Assembly: GCA_964497535.1 (NCBI GenBank)
Contig: CAZCCG010000003.1
Coordinates: forward strand, 133,499-197,498
Source: an uncultured Gammaproteobacteria bacterium
GTDB lineage: Bacteria > Patescibacteriota > Microgenomatia > Levybacterales > UBA12049
Direction: 5' to 3'
Length of the DNA: 64,000 nucleotides
Numbering within the stretch: position 1 is the first letter of the stretch; each line of letters starts with the position of its first letter. Below, in pieces: positions 34,507-44,047 of this stretch. The translations under genes were made by a program, and so were the position numbers. The notes under the pieces are model-generated. The model did no database searches. It saw only the letters and a program-made list of their open reading frames with translations, and was not told the DNA's origin.

Positions 34507-35712
34507 ATGAAATTAGTTTATCGAGCTGTTACGCGCAACGGCAAAACGGTACGCGGAGTTATAGAGGGAAAAGAAGTAAAAGATGCCGTAGATTTTTTGC
34601 GTTCTCGGGAGTTGCTCCCTATTCAGGTTGCACCGCAAAAGCAAAATGATCTCTCAAAGTATCTCCCCTTTATTAATGCATTTTCCTCAACTGATCTTGT
34701 ATTTTTTACCCGGCAGCTAGCTTCCATGCTTTCTTCAGGGTTAACATTGATGCAAGCTCTTAGAATTTTAAAAGAACAAGTACAAAAAGATAGCGTACTT
34801 ACTGTTATTCAAGGAATTGTGACTGATGTTGAAGATGGAAAACCACTTTCTCAAGCCCTTACCAAATATCCCAAGGTTTTTTCCCCTATATATATCTCTC
34901 TGATTACCTCGGCTGAGGTATCAGGTTTGTTAGATAAAGTTCTGTTGCGTTTGGCTGATAACCTTGAAAAACAAGAACAACTAAAAAGTACAATCAAGTC
35001 TGCACTTATGTATCCAATGATAGTTATTATAGGCATGATTGTGGTAGTAGTAATCATGATGATTTTTGTTATTCCTCAGCTTTCTACTATGTATGAAGGT
35101 ATTGGTATTCCCCTTCCTCTACCTACGCTTATTATTATTGGACTTTCTAACTTTGTTATTTACTTCTGGCCGCTGATTATACTTGGGGCTTTTTTTAGTG
35201 TTATTGTATTTAAAAAATGGCGCAGTAATCCATCAGGTAGATTAATAACTGATGATCTTATTCTCAAAGTACCTATCTTTGGAAAACTTATCAAAGAAAG
35301 TATCCTTACTGAATTTTCTCGTACATTTGGGATTCTTATCGGAAGCGGAACTCTGGTAGTCGACTCGCTCAAACAATCCGCCGATGTGGCCGGGAATGTT
35401 ATTTATAAAAATGCTATCAATGAAACAGCAAAACGGGTAGAAAAAGGACTGAGTATTGGCGATGCATTGGCTTACTATCCTCTCTTTCCTCCGATATTGG
35501 TACAAACCGTTAAAATTGGAGAGCAAACAGGAAAAGTAGATGAATCATTATTGAAAGTGTCAGAATATTTTGAACGAGAAGTAGAACAGACCATAAAAAC
35601 GTTGACGACCGCCTTGGAACCTATAATTATGGTGGTTTTAGGTGTAGGAGTAGCCTTTTTGATTATCTCGGTAATTACCCCAATTTATAGCTTAACAAAT
35701 GCTATTCAATAG
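34507..35712 (+). CDS. pilC: type IV pilus platform protein (PilC/GspF)
   Basis: FTRQLASMLSSG, SALMYP, GEQTGKVD, ALEPII. Confidence 0.95.
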   Translation: MKLVYRAVTRNGKTVRGVIEGKEVKDAVDFLRSRELLPIQVAPQKQNDLSKYLPFINAFSSTDLVFFTRQLASMLSSGLTLMQALRILKEQVQKDSVLTVIQGIVTDVEDGKPLSQALTKYPKVFSPIYISLITSAEVSGLLDKVLLRLADNLEKQEQLKSTIKSALMYPMIVIIGMIVVVVIMMIFVIPQLSTMYEGIGIPLPLPTLIIIGLSNFVIYFWPLIILGAFFSVIVFKKWRSNPSGRLITDDLILKVPIFGKLIKESILTEFSRTFGILIGSGTLVVDSLKQSADVAGNVIYKNAINETAKRVEKGLSIGDALAYYPLFPPILVQTVKIGEQTGKVDESLLKVSEYFEREVEQTIKTLTTALEPIIMVVLGVGVAFLIISVITPIYSLTNAIQ

Positions 35713-35754
35713 GGTTGACTTTAGTTGGTGTATTTCCTACACTAGAAATAGCCT

Positions 35755-36585
35755 ATGTCGCAAGAGACTATAAAGACGGATCAACGATCGCCTTTTCATT
35801 TTTTAACACACAGACTTTCCTCAAAACCCCAAAAAATTATTGAGAGTATTATTCTGGCATTACTTATTCTGGTTATCTATCTTTTCACTACGAATTCCGA
35901 TACTCGTGTATATGCCTTGCCATTTCTCCTATTTGGATTTTTATTTGTGGGAGGAGTTTACCTTTTTCAAATACGCTTCACCAAATCCCAACAAGTTATG
36001 GTTCAGACTCGAACATTCAAGATACTTATTTTTGCGTTTGTGGGGGCGATTCTTTTATGGGTAGGTAATACCGGTTGGTTTTTATCTCCATTTTTTTACC
36101 TCCTCTATCTGGTTGCAATTTCTTTAGGATTTCTTTTTAGCAACTCAGTGACGCTTTCTTTTGTTTTGGTTTTGATTGCTATTTTACTTCCTCAAATGGG
36201 AACAGTTAATACAAAAATTGATTTTATCTCTATTGTGTCACTTCTTCTTATCATTCCCCTCACTTATTTTTTGAGAAGGGAATATCTAGTTCGTGTAGAA
36301 AAAGATAAAAAAATCCTTATTTTGGAAAAAGGACACAAAGCAATTGAGACTAAAGTAGAAGAGATTCTCGCAAATAGAGTTACCAAGCTTGGAGCCGAGT
36401 TGCGTGAGCCGATTAACGATATTCGTCAATTGGCTCTCTATGCAAAAAAGAATAAGGAATATAACAGAAAAGAGTTTGAAGCAATTATTTCATCGAGTGA
36501 AAAAGCATTATCTCAACTAAAATCTTTTGAAGAAAATACAACAGGAAGAATATTGGTAAAAACACCCGCCAAGAAAACTAGCTAA
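35755..36585 (+). CDS. membrane protein with a degenerate HisKA-like C-terminal helix
   Basis: About 6 TM, then LGAELREPINDIR (H-box-like, no His); no HATPase domain. Confidence 0.6.
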   Translation: MSQETIKTDQRSPFHFLTHRLSSKPQKIIESIILALLILVIYLFTTNSDTRVYALPFLLFGFLFVGGVYLFQIRFTKSQQVMVQTRTFKILIFAFVGAILLWVGNTGWFLSPFFYLLYLVAISLGFLFSNSVTLSFVLVLIAILLPQMGTVNTKIDFISIVSLLLIIPLTYFLRREYLVRVEKDKKILILEKGHKAIETKVEEILANRVTKLGAELREPINDIRQLALYAKKNKEYNRKEFEAIISSSEKALSQLKSFEENTTGRILVKTPAKKTS

Positions 36586-36949
36586 TATATTTTTTTACAT
36601 TTTCTACCAGTTGATCAGGCGTAATATCTGCTTTAATGATATACGATTTTGCTCCTAAAGAGATGGCTTCTTTTACAATTGGGTCCTGCGCCAAATTAGT
36701 CAATAAGAGAATAGTTGAAGGTGTAGTATCTGAGGGATTTTCGTGAAGTGCCTTGAGTACTCCCAGTCCATCTAGTTTGGGCATCATTACATCGAGTAAT
36801 ACCAAATCGAACTTGGTACTTTTCATTTTATCAAGTCCGTCCTGACCATCAACTGCAGTAGTGATTTCAAATCCTTCATCTTTGAGAACTTCTTCGTAGA
36901 GATCTCTTAAGTATGTGTCGTCATCGACTATCAGGATTTTGTGCGCCAT
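36578..36949 (-). CDS. stand-alone response regulator (receiver only)
   Basis: ILIVDDD, LLDVMMPKLDG, LLTN, YIIK. Confidence 0.93.
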   Translation of the reverse strand: MAHKILIVDDDTYLRDLYEEVLKDEGFEITTAVDGQDGLDKMKSTKFDLVLLDVMMPKLDGLGVLKALHENPSDTTPSTILLLTNLAQDPIVKEAISLGAKSYIIKADITPDQLVENVKKYIS

Positions 36950-37016
36950 ACCCTGAAATTACCATAGCCCTATTTAAAAGTCAAGCTTCGGAAATGACGA
37001 GTTTTATCTGATCTTA

Positions 37017-37445
37017 TTATTGGAGTAATGATTTTTTTAATTCTCGTAATGTGCTCGTCTGTGCCAGATACGCGTCATTTTTGAAATAGTATTTAGAATA
37101 GTTCCATACGGGTTCAAAAGGATGGGGATCATCTTGATATCGGGGAATGATATGGGCATGTAAATGAGCATTTTTGTTACAGAGGATTTCATAGTTGATA
37201 CGGGTTGGGCCAAAAGCATGAAATATCTGCTCCCCGACAAAAATCATCAGATTCAAAAATGAACTTGGATAAATTGCATTATGTAATTGCTCTACATGAA
37301 TCTTATATATCAGGATGGAATATCCTTTATAGAATTGATTATCTCCAAGTATCCACAATGAAGTTTCGAATTCATCAATAAAATGTGGATCTCTACTTTT
37401 GTTCTCCCTTTCGAGTTGTACTCTTTTACAAATATAACAATTCAT
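37017..37445 (-). CDS. HIT family hydrolase
   Basis: CYIC N-terminus, HLHAHIIPRY triad. Confidence 0.88.
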   Translation of the reverse strand: MNCYICKRVQLERENKSRDPHFIDEFETSLWILGDNQFYKGYSILIYKIHVEQLHNAIYPSSFLNLMIFVGEQIFHAFGPTRINYEILCNKNAHLHAHIIPRYQDDPHPFEPVWNYSKYYFKNDAYLAQTSTLRELKKSLLQ

Positions 37446-37520
37446 AAGTAGTTCTACATATTCCTCCTTTCACCGGGCTGGTGGCAAAACTATTGTGGCA
37501 TGCACGCTCTATTGTTACCA

Positions 37521-37562
37521 TGACAGGACTGTCAGATAATCTGACAAAGCCTGTGATACAAT
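37521..37562 (+). promoter_or_regulatory. overlapping palindromic operator candidates plus extended -10
   Basis: TGACAG-GA-CTGTCA (37521-37534), TGTCAGAT-A-ATCTGACA (37530-37546), TGaTACAAT 8 nt before ATG 37571. Confidence 0.5.
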
Positions 37563-37570
37563 TTGCTCAT

Positions 37571-39631
37571 ATGCAGGCTACAGCCTCAAAATTCCCTGCT
37601 CTTTTTCGGAAATACCGTCTAAAAGCGGAGTTCTCTACTCTATCCCAACTCGGACTCGCCCTCGCAGAAAAAGGATTAATCTACGAAGATAGTATTTTCT
37701 CTCATTGGCAAAAAGGAGACAGAATTCCAAATAGAACCACAATTCTCAAACTCATTGAGATTTTCATCGAGCGGAGAGCTATTACAACTCTTAACCAAGT
37801 AAACGAATTTTTAGTTTCTGTAGGGTACGGTTATATCTCTGAAGAAGAATTGAGAAGGATTCCAATAAAATTAGGAAATCCAATTTTTCAAGTTCCAACT
37901 GAAATTGAAAATTTTACAGGTAGAGAAAATATTATTAAAGAAGTTGTTAATAGAAAGGATATTTTCGGAAAGACTATTTTAATCCATGGGTCGGCAGGTA
38001 TAGGAAAAACTGCATTGGCAATAAAATTAGGTCATTTGCTCAAAAATAAATTTACTGACGGAATCCTATGGTACAAGATTGAGGAAGATAATATATCTGA
38101 TATTCTTTTTTCTATTGCTCACATTTTCGGTGAGGATTTTTCAGAAATTAAGAATAAACAAACAAGGGCTACTATAGTTCGATCACTTCTTGCCACTAAA
38201 AATGTGTTAATTATTCTTGACAGTGCGGAATTAAATGATGAAATCTATTTGCTTATTCCTAACTCGCAGTTTTGTACTACGATTATTACTTCACAGAAAA
38301 ATCATTTTAAAGTATCAATTAATTTTGTTGATATTTCTCTTAAACCATTTACTGATACAGAAGTCATATCACTTTTTCAAGAAGTATTAAAAAAAAAGTT
38401 TTCAAAAACTAATTCATCGATAATTTTAGAATCTGCTAATCAGTTTGGTAATCTGCCTCTAGCTATTCATATTTTTGCACGACAAATACGACACTCTAAT
38501 ATCAGTGCCTCAGAAATCCCTGAGCTATTAAATACTGAAGAAAATATTTTTCAAGACCTAAATTATGAAAACAAAAATCTTCATGTAGCGATTGATATGA
38601 GCTATAAAAAACTCGATATCAAAATGAAATCCGTCCTAGTTTCTGCATCTATTTTTAAAGGAAAAGATTTTTCTATTGATTCAATAGGCTATATTAATGG
38701 GCTTTCAATTGTAGTTTCAAGAAAAATTCTCCAAAGTTTAGTGGATCTTTCACTTATCGAACCTTCTGCTCATGATAGATATAGAATACATCCTGAAATC
38801 AGAGAATTTGTACGAGGTAAACTTGACTATCCTAGATCTTCATATTTAACATTAATTGCTATATTTATCTTTCTCATCTTTGCATGTTGGTGGATATTTT
38901 TACAAATCTTTTATAATAATCGAGAAGCATTACTATTCTTTTCTTGTACTTACGGAATTATTGCATTGTTTGGTGGGATTTGTGGGATGGATGTTTCAAA
39001 AAAATGGGGTGGGATTAAAACTCTTATGGGAAGTGCAACTTTAATGTTCGCTTCAGGCTTATGTTTACAAGCAGTTGGTCAAGCTTCATACACGTACTAT
39101 TTAATAATTGCTCCTTACCAAACTCCATACCCTTCTTTTGGGGATATTGCATATTTCGGTACTATCCCCTTCTATATCTACGGAATTATGCTTTTGGCTA
39201 AATCATCAGGGATTAAATTAAGTATCCAATCATTCAAAAAAAAACTGATAGCTATTATTATTCCAATTGTGATGTTAACAATTGCTTATTATCTTTTTCT
39301 TCAAGGTTATACTTTCAATCTTAATAATCCAGTTAAAATATTTTTGGATTTCGGTTATTCATTAGGAGAAGCGATATACATATCAATTGCTATAATTGTT
39401 TTTATTTTCTCAAGAACTATACTAGATGGAATTATGAAATCAAAAGCATTATGGTTATTGATAGCGTTAGTTGTACAATTTTTAGGTGATTATATTTTCT
39501 TATTAGATGTTAAATTAAAAACTTATTATCCTGGGAATTATGATGATTTTATATTATTACTTGCTTACTTTACTATGACAATTGCACTTCTGAATCTAAA
39601 ATCTATCCAGGTTAAAATAAAAAACTATTAA
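37571..39631 (+). CDS. HTH - NB-ARC (STAND) ATPase - multi-TM sensor fusion protein
   Basis: XRE-like N-terminus (FRKYRLK...SHWQKGDRIP), FTGRE, Walker A GSAGIGKT, LIILDS, GNLPLAI, RYRIHPEIREF, then about 8 TM helices. Confidence 0.8.
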   Translation: MQATASKFPALFRKYRLKAEFSTLSQLGLALAEKGLIYEDSIFSHWQKGDRIPNRTTILKLIEIFIERRAITTLNQVNEFLVSVGYGYISEEELRRIPIKLGNPIFQVPTEIENFTGRENIIKEVVNRKDIFGKTILIHGSAGIGKTALAIKLGHLLKNKFTDGILWYKIEEDNISDILFSIAHIFGEDFSEIKNKQTRATIVRSLLATKNVLIILDSAELNDEIYLLIPNSQFCTTIITSQKNHFKVSINFVDISLKPFTDTEVISLFQEVLKKKFSKTNSSIILESANQFGNLPLAIHIFARQIRHSNISASEIPELLNTEENIFQDLNYENKNLHVAIDMSYKKLDIKMKSVLVSASIFKGKDFSIDSIGYINGLSIVVSRKILQSLVDLSLIEPSAHDRYRIHPEIREFVRGKLDYPRSSYLTLIAIFIFLIFACWWIFLQIFYNNREALLFFSCTYGIIALFGGICGMDVSKKWGGIKTLMGSATLMFASGLCLQAVGQASYTYYLIIAPYQTPYPSFGDIAYFGTIPFYIYGIMLLAKSSGIKLSIQSFKKKLIAIIIPIVMLTIAYYLFLQGYTFNLNNPVKIFLDFGYSLGEAIYISIAIIVFIFSRTILDGIMKSKALWLLIALVVQFLGDYIFLLDVKLKTYYPGNYDDFILLLAYFTMTIALLNLKSIQVKIKNY

Positions 39632-39768
39632 TGATGTTTGCGTAGGACTTTCCTAATAAAGAATTTATTCAATTATGAAAATAATCATCTCTTTTCAAAT
39701 TAACTGTAGTATAATTCATCATAGGGAGATAATGAATTATATTACTGAAATGGAGACAAACGGTTTAT

Positions 39769-40905
39769 ATGACTTATAAGTTTTTTGACAGGCAAACATT
39801 ATCGAATATTCCTACTCCTACCCCCTTTTTTGTTTTCAGCCGTGATGCTTTAATCAATAATCTAAAAGAGTATCAATCTTATCTTCCTTCAAATACGGAA
39901 GTTTGCTATTCAATGAAAGCAAATTCTGAAAAACAAGTCATAGAAACACTTAACGATGTTGGTGCTAGTTTTGAAGTAGCTTCTAAATACGAATTAGCCT
40001 TACTAGAATTACTTGAGGTTCCAGCAGATCGAATAATTTATGGTTCTTCTGTAAAATCTGCTGATCAGATTCTTGCTTTTGTAAAATATGGCGTGAGTCG
40101 TTTCGCTTGTGATTCCGAACCTGAATTATTGAAACTTGCGAAATATGCTCCAGGGGCCCAAATATATATTAGGGCGCTTGTTGATGATAAAGCTAATAGT
40201 GTTTTTCACATGTCTGAGAAATTTGGTGTATATCTTAAGGAAGTTATTAAACTACTAATTAAAACAAGAGAATTAGGTTTAATTCCTTACGGAATAAGTT
40301 TTAATGTGGGTTCTCAAGCGAGAAATGAATATGCATGGGCGCGAGGGATAACTGATATTTCATATGCTATGTCTGAGTTACTCAAGAATAATATAAAAAT
40401 ACAAGTAATCAATATGGGTGGAGGTTTTCCTCATCAATATGAGGATTATGACAATATACCAAAAATACAGCAAATTGCAGAGCATATTAAAAATGCAACA
40501 GAAAAGTTACCTTATCCTGTATCATATATCGTAGAGCCTGGGCGAGGACTTGTTGCAAATACATATGTCTTAATAGTTAGTGTTACAGAAAAAATAAAAA
40601 GACATAATGGGTACTGGCTCCATCTGGATGCAGGAGTATACAATGCTCTTTTAGAGGCAATGGCTTATCAAGGCAGTATCAGATATTATATTGAAGCATT
40701 ACAACAATATCGGTCAGATCAAAAAGAACAATTTATTTTAACTGGGCCTGCTTGTGATGATTTAGACGTAATTGATGAAGATGCATTATTGCCAGCAGAT
40801 ATAAAAGTTGGTGACAAATTAGTTATTTACGATACTGGTGCCTATAGTTTTACTCTTATAACACCATTTAATGGTTACCCAAAACCGGGAACAGTCGTGA
40901 TATAA
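39769..40905 (+). CDS. fold-type III PLP decarboxylase (ornithine/lysine/arginine decarboxylase family)
   Basis: YSMKAN PLP lysine, SFNVGSQ, NMGGGFP, EPGRGLV, GPACDDLD, GAYS. Confidence 0.9.
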   Translation: MTYKFFDRQTLSNIPTPTPFFVFSRDALINNLKEYQSYLPSNTEVCYSMKANSEKQVIETLNDVGASFEVASKYELALLELLEVPADRIIYGSSVKSADQILAFVKYGVSRFACDSEPELLKLAKYAPGAQIYIRALVDDKANSVFHMSEKFGVYLKEVIKLLIKTRELGLIPYGISFNVGSQARNEYAWARGITDISYAMSELLKNNIKIQVINMGGGFPHQYEDYDNIPKIQQIAEHIKNATEKLPYPVSYIVEPGRGLVANTYVLIVSVTEKIKRHNGYWLHLDAGVYNALLEAMAYQGSIRYYIEALQQYRSDQKEQFILTGPACDDLDVIDEDALLPADIKVGDKLVIYDTGAYSFTLITPFNGYPKPGTVVI

Positions 40906-41581
40906 AATTATTTTTTTGTTCTTTCGTAACAATTGGTGCCAAAATAGTTTTTTCTTGCCAATATTCACAATTTTGTGGAGGGTTAACTTCACAAATTTCA
41001 TATTCAATTTTATCTTTCTTAAATCCTGCATCTTTCAATTTACGTAAGTGCTTATCAGAAAATGTAGTAGCTTCATCAGAATAGTATGTAAGTATTCCTC
41101 CAGGTTTTAAAATCCTATATGCTTCTTTAAAGAACCAGAAATGATTTGAATGAATTTCTTCTTCAGTTAGAGGATAAGTATCAAAAAGGATACCATCAAA
41201 TGTTTCGTCTAAAAGTAAAGGGGTTACATTTTGCCAAAAACCGCTTAATATATGTATACGATTTTCACCGATGGCTTGATGAAAATCTTGAACACATTTT
41301 GCGATTACATCAGGGTGACACTCAATAATATAATGATTAGTAATATTATGTGATTGAATAGCTTTTGCAGACAAACCAAGTCCATAACCAAGCTCTAAAA
41401 CGCAGCCTCCATTTGAAGACGCAATTTGAGCTAGCTTATTCATATAGCTTAATTCCCAATCTTCCATAACCGGATGTCCTGCAATCCGGAGAGTATGTTC
41501 GCTAAAAATAGCTGGGTTTTTTGCCCAATCTTCCTTCTGTTTTGGAAAACCAATATTTTTTCTTGATTTAATTGTATCCAT
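40868..41581 (-). CDS. guanidinoacetate N-methyltransferase (GAMT/RMT2)-like SAM methyltransferase
   Basis: LRIAGHPVMEDWE, VLELGYGLG, HYIIECHPDV, FDGILFDTYPL, AYRILKPGG parallel animal GAMT motifs. Confidence 0.85.
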   Translation of the reverse strand: MDTIKSRKNIGFPKQKEDWAKNPAIFSEHTLRIAGHPVMEDWELSYMNKLAQIASSNGGCVLELGYGLGLSAKAIQSHNITNHYIIECHPDVIAKCVQDFHQAIGENRIHILSGFWQNVTPLLLDETFDGILFDTYPLTEEEIHSNHFWFFKEAYRILKPGGILTYYSDEATTFSDKHLRKLKDAGFKKDKIEYEICEVNPPQNCEYWQEKTILAPIVTKEQKNNFISRLFPVLGNH

Positions 41582-41699
41582 CCTAATTATCTTACTACTG
41601 TACATTGTTAGAATAAATCTTGTCAATAAAGATTATTCTTACTAAAGAAGTTTTAGGTTTGACAAGTAATTCTAGATGAGATATTCTTAACTAAATTTA

Positions 41700-42059
41700 A
41701 TGAACATATTCAATTGGATTATCATTTTATTGTTGAGTTTATTGGCAGGTTTTGCGGATTCAAAAGGATTCTATTTTGCTTCACAAATATGGCCAGGAGG
41801 CAGCTTAGATTTAATAGCTCTTCTTAAATCAGGAGGCGCATTTGTAGTAGGATTGATTTTCTATTGGGGAACAATTTTTTTCATGAATAAAGTTGGTTTA
41901 AATTCTGCGTCTTTTCAGACCGCTATCTGGTTTATTGCTGTTATAATTGGAGTTTCTATAGCAACAGGTGATTTTATGAAATGGCAATCTCTGGATAAAA
42001 TAGTTGCAGTTGTTACTGTAATATGTTTCCTTTTTCTACTTGTTCGTAATGGAAATTAA
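41700..42059 (+). CDS. small 4-TM membrane protein (SMR/DMT-like exporter candidate)
   Basis: 119 aa, four hydrophobic helices, acidic residue in TM1 region; TTGACA-17-TATTCT upstream. Confidence 0.55.
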   Translation: MNIFNWIIILLLSLLAGFADSKGFYFASQIWPGGSLDLIALLKSGGAFVVGLIFYWGTIFFMNKVGLNSASFQTAIWFIAVIIGVSIATGDFMKWQSLDKIVAVVTVICFLFLLVRNGN

Positions 42060-42070
42060 CTTTTATTACA

Positions 42071-42853
42071 ATGGGAGATATTAAAATAGAAGAAAATTTT
42101 GAGAAGTTTTCACCTCGAGAATATTTAGAAGAATATTACTCTCATATTGGATCTGAGAATGATAGTCTTCTGCGTTTCTTTAAAGATGTCTATGAGATTA
42201 TTCCTTCAGAGGTTATGATACTTGAGTTCGGTGGAGGTCCAACAGTTTATCAATTGATTACTGGTGCTACTAAAGCAAAATTTATTTATTTTTCAGACTA
42301 TTTAGAATTAAATTTGAACGAAGTCAAAAAATGGAAAAATAATAATAATGATGCGTTCGACTGGAGTGACTATATCAAAAGAGCTTTGGAAATAGAAGGG
42401 GTACCTTATGTTGCTAAAAGGCAGATTGATGAAAGAGCTGAGTTACTTCGTCAGAAAATCACTCATTTTATTCATTGTGATGCCTTCCAAAATGATCCAC
42501 TTGGGAAACAATATAGAGATTTTTTTGACGTAGTAAGTGTAAATTTTGTTCCCGAATCTATATCAAAAAACAAACAACAATGGCAACAAGCTATGATAAA
42601 TATTTGTAGTTTAGTTAAACCAGGAGGAGTTTTTATAATGACTGCCTTAAAGGGAGCTAATTATTGGCATAATGGAAATAAAAAATTTGCTGCAGCATAT
42701 ATTGATGAAAATGACGTTGAGGATGTTCTAAAAGATAATGGATTTAAACAAGAAACAATTAAAATAAGTGTAAGTCCTGCAGAAACACTTAACGAGGATG
42801 GAAAAGGAGCACAAGGTTTTCAAGGAATTATTTTTGTTTTTGCACAAAAATAA
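42071..42853 (+). CDS. NNMT/PNMT/TEMT-family N-methyltransferase
   Basis: FSPREYLEEYY, EFGGGPTVYQL, SDYLELNL, AFDWS, SLVKPGG. Confidence 0.88.
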   Translation: MGDIKIEENFEKFSPREYLEEYYSHIGSENDSLLRFFKDVYEIIPSEVMILEFGGGPTVYQLITGATKAKFIYFSDYLELNLNEVKKWKNNNNDAFDWSDYIKRALEIEGVPYVAKRQIDERAELLRQKITHFIHCDAFQNDPLGKQYRDFFDVVSVNFVPESISKNKQQWQQAMINICSLVKPGGVFIMTALKGANYWHNGNKKFAAAYIDENDVEDVLKDNGFKQETIKISVSPAETLNEDGKGAQGFQGIIFVFAQK

Positions 42854-42932
42854 TTCTTCCTTGTTAAATTTAAGTCTTTTTATAATTTAACACTTGCTAT
42901 CGTCAAACGTTTGTGTATATAGTAAAAGAGCT

Positions 42933-43739
42933 ATGAGGCTATACGCAATCCACAAATTTCTTCTTGTATATTTGGTTTTTCTATTAGCTTATTGGATTAT
43001 CCTACATTTATCTGCTCAACAAACAAGTATATGGAATTATCTTTATTCATTTGCATTTAGTTTAGTTCCACTTCTAGGAAGCTTAGTTGGTATATATATT
43101 TCTAAATCTTGGGGTTTATTGTCAAGCGCAATTGGGAAAGCTATTTTCTATATTTCAGCGGGATTATTTTTTTGGGGTCTTGGAAGTATGATTTGGGCAT
43201 ATTATAATATTTTTTTAAATATTCCTGCTCCTTACCCTTCTATATCTGATGCAAGCTATGTTTTAAGTTGGCCTTTATGGGGAATAGGAATAATTAATCT
43301 TTCTCATGCAACTGGGGCAAAATTTTCACTAAGGCAAATAAAAGGAAAACTACTACTTTTTATTATTCCTATTATTTTGATTGTTTTATCTTATTATTTA
43401 TTAGTAGTTGTAGCGCGTGGGGGATTTATTACTGATTTTTCTGAAAATGGATTCAAATCTTTTTTTGATTTAGCTTATCCAATTGGGGATGTAGTGATAC
43501 TATCTCTTGCTGTTTTAATTTATGGTTTATCGTTTCGATATCTGGGTGGAAAATATAAGGCGACAATTCTTTTGTTACTCTTTGGTTTTGTTTTAAATTA
43601 CATTGCCGATTTTATCTTTTCTTATACCACTACAGTTGAGACTTTTTACGTAGGTGATTTGGGTGATCTTGTCTTTACACTAGCTTTTTTCTTCATTACA
43701 TTTGGCGTTCTAGGGTTTTATAGAGTAAGGAATACATAA
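42933..43739 (+). CDS. stand-alone multi-TM sensor-like protein, paralogous to the C-terminal domain of 37571-39631
   Basis: PYPSISDASY, FFDLAYPIGD, ADFIFSY...GDLGD match the NB-ARC protein TM domain. Confidence 0.75.
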   Translation: MRLYAIHKFLLVYLVFLLAYWIILHLSAQQTSIWNYLYSFAFSLVPLLGSLVGIYISKSWGLLSSAIGKAIFYISAGLFFWGLGSMIWAYYNIFLNIPAPYPSISDASYVLSWPLWGIGIINLSHATGAKFSLRQIKGKLLLFIIPIILIVLSYYLLVVVARGGFITDFSENGFKSFFDLAYPIGDVVILSLAVLIYGLSFRYLGGKYKATILLLLFGFVLNYIADFIFSYTTTVETFYVGDLGDLVFTLAFFFITFGVLGFYRVRNT

Positions 43740-43744
43740 GTATT

Positions 43745-44023
43745 ATGGATGTTTTTGCACAAATGGCCCAAAAGATTATCACAGAGCAGGAAGGTATTGT
43801 CGGTCCAGTAGCCCTGGAACAGGCCAAAAAAGTCTCAGGACTTACTGTTGATTGGTCAAAGCATGAAGTAACAATATCGGGGAATAAAAGTGATGTTCTG
43901 GAACATCTTGTTGAGCAATATGGACATCTTTTTGGGCAAGCTTCTATTGAAGTGTGTAAAGATGCAGTTCGGGGAATGATAACTAAAATACCTAAGGATC
44001 AAATACCTTCTTTACTCCTATAA
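43745..44023 (+). CDS. small soluble protein between membrane sensor and kinase
   Basis: 92 aa ORF tightly spaced with both neighbours. Confidence 0.75.
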   Translation: MDVFAQMAQKIITEQEGIVGPVALEQAKKVSGLTVDWSKHEVTISGNKSDVLEHLVEQYGHLFGQASIEVCKDAVRGMITKIPKDQIPSLLL

Positions 44024-44047
44024 GAAAATACTATACTATAATTCTGC

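Noticed and set aside
41627-41699. Guanidine riboswitch before the SMR-like gene
   Set aside because: Space is taken by promoter elements; no ACGR hairpins or ykkC motif
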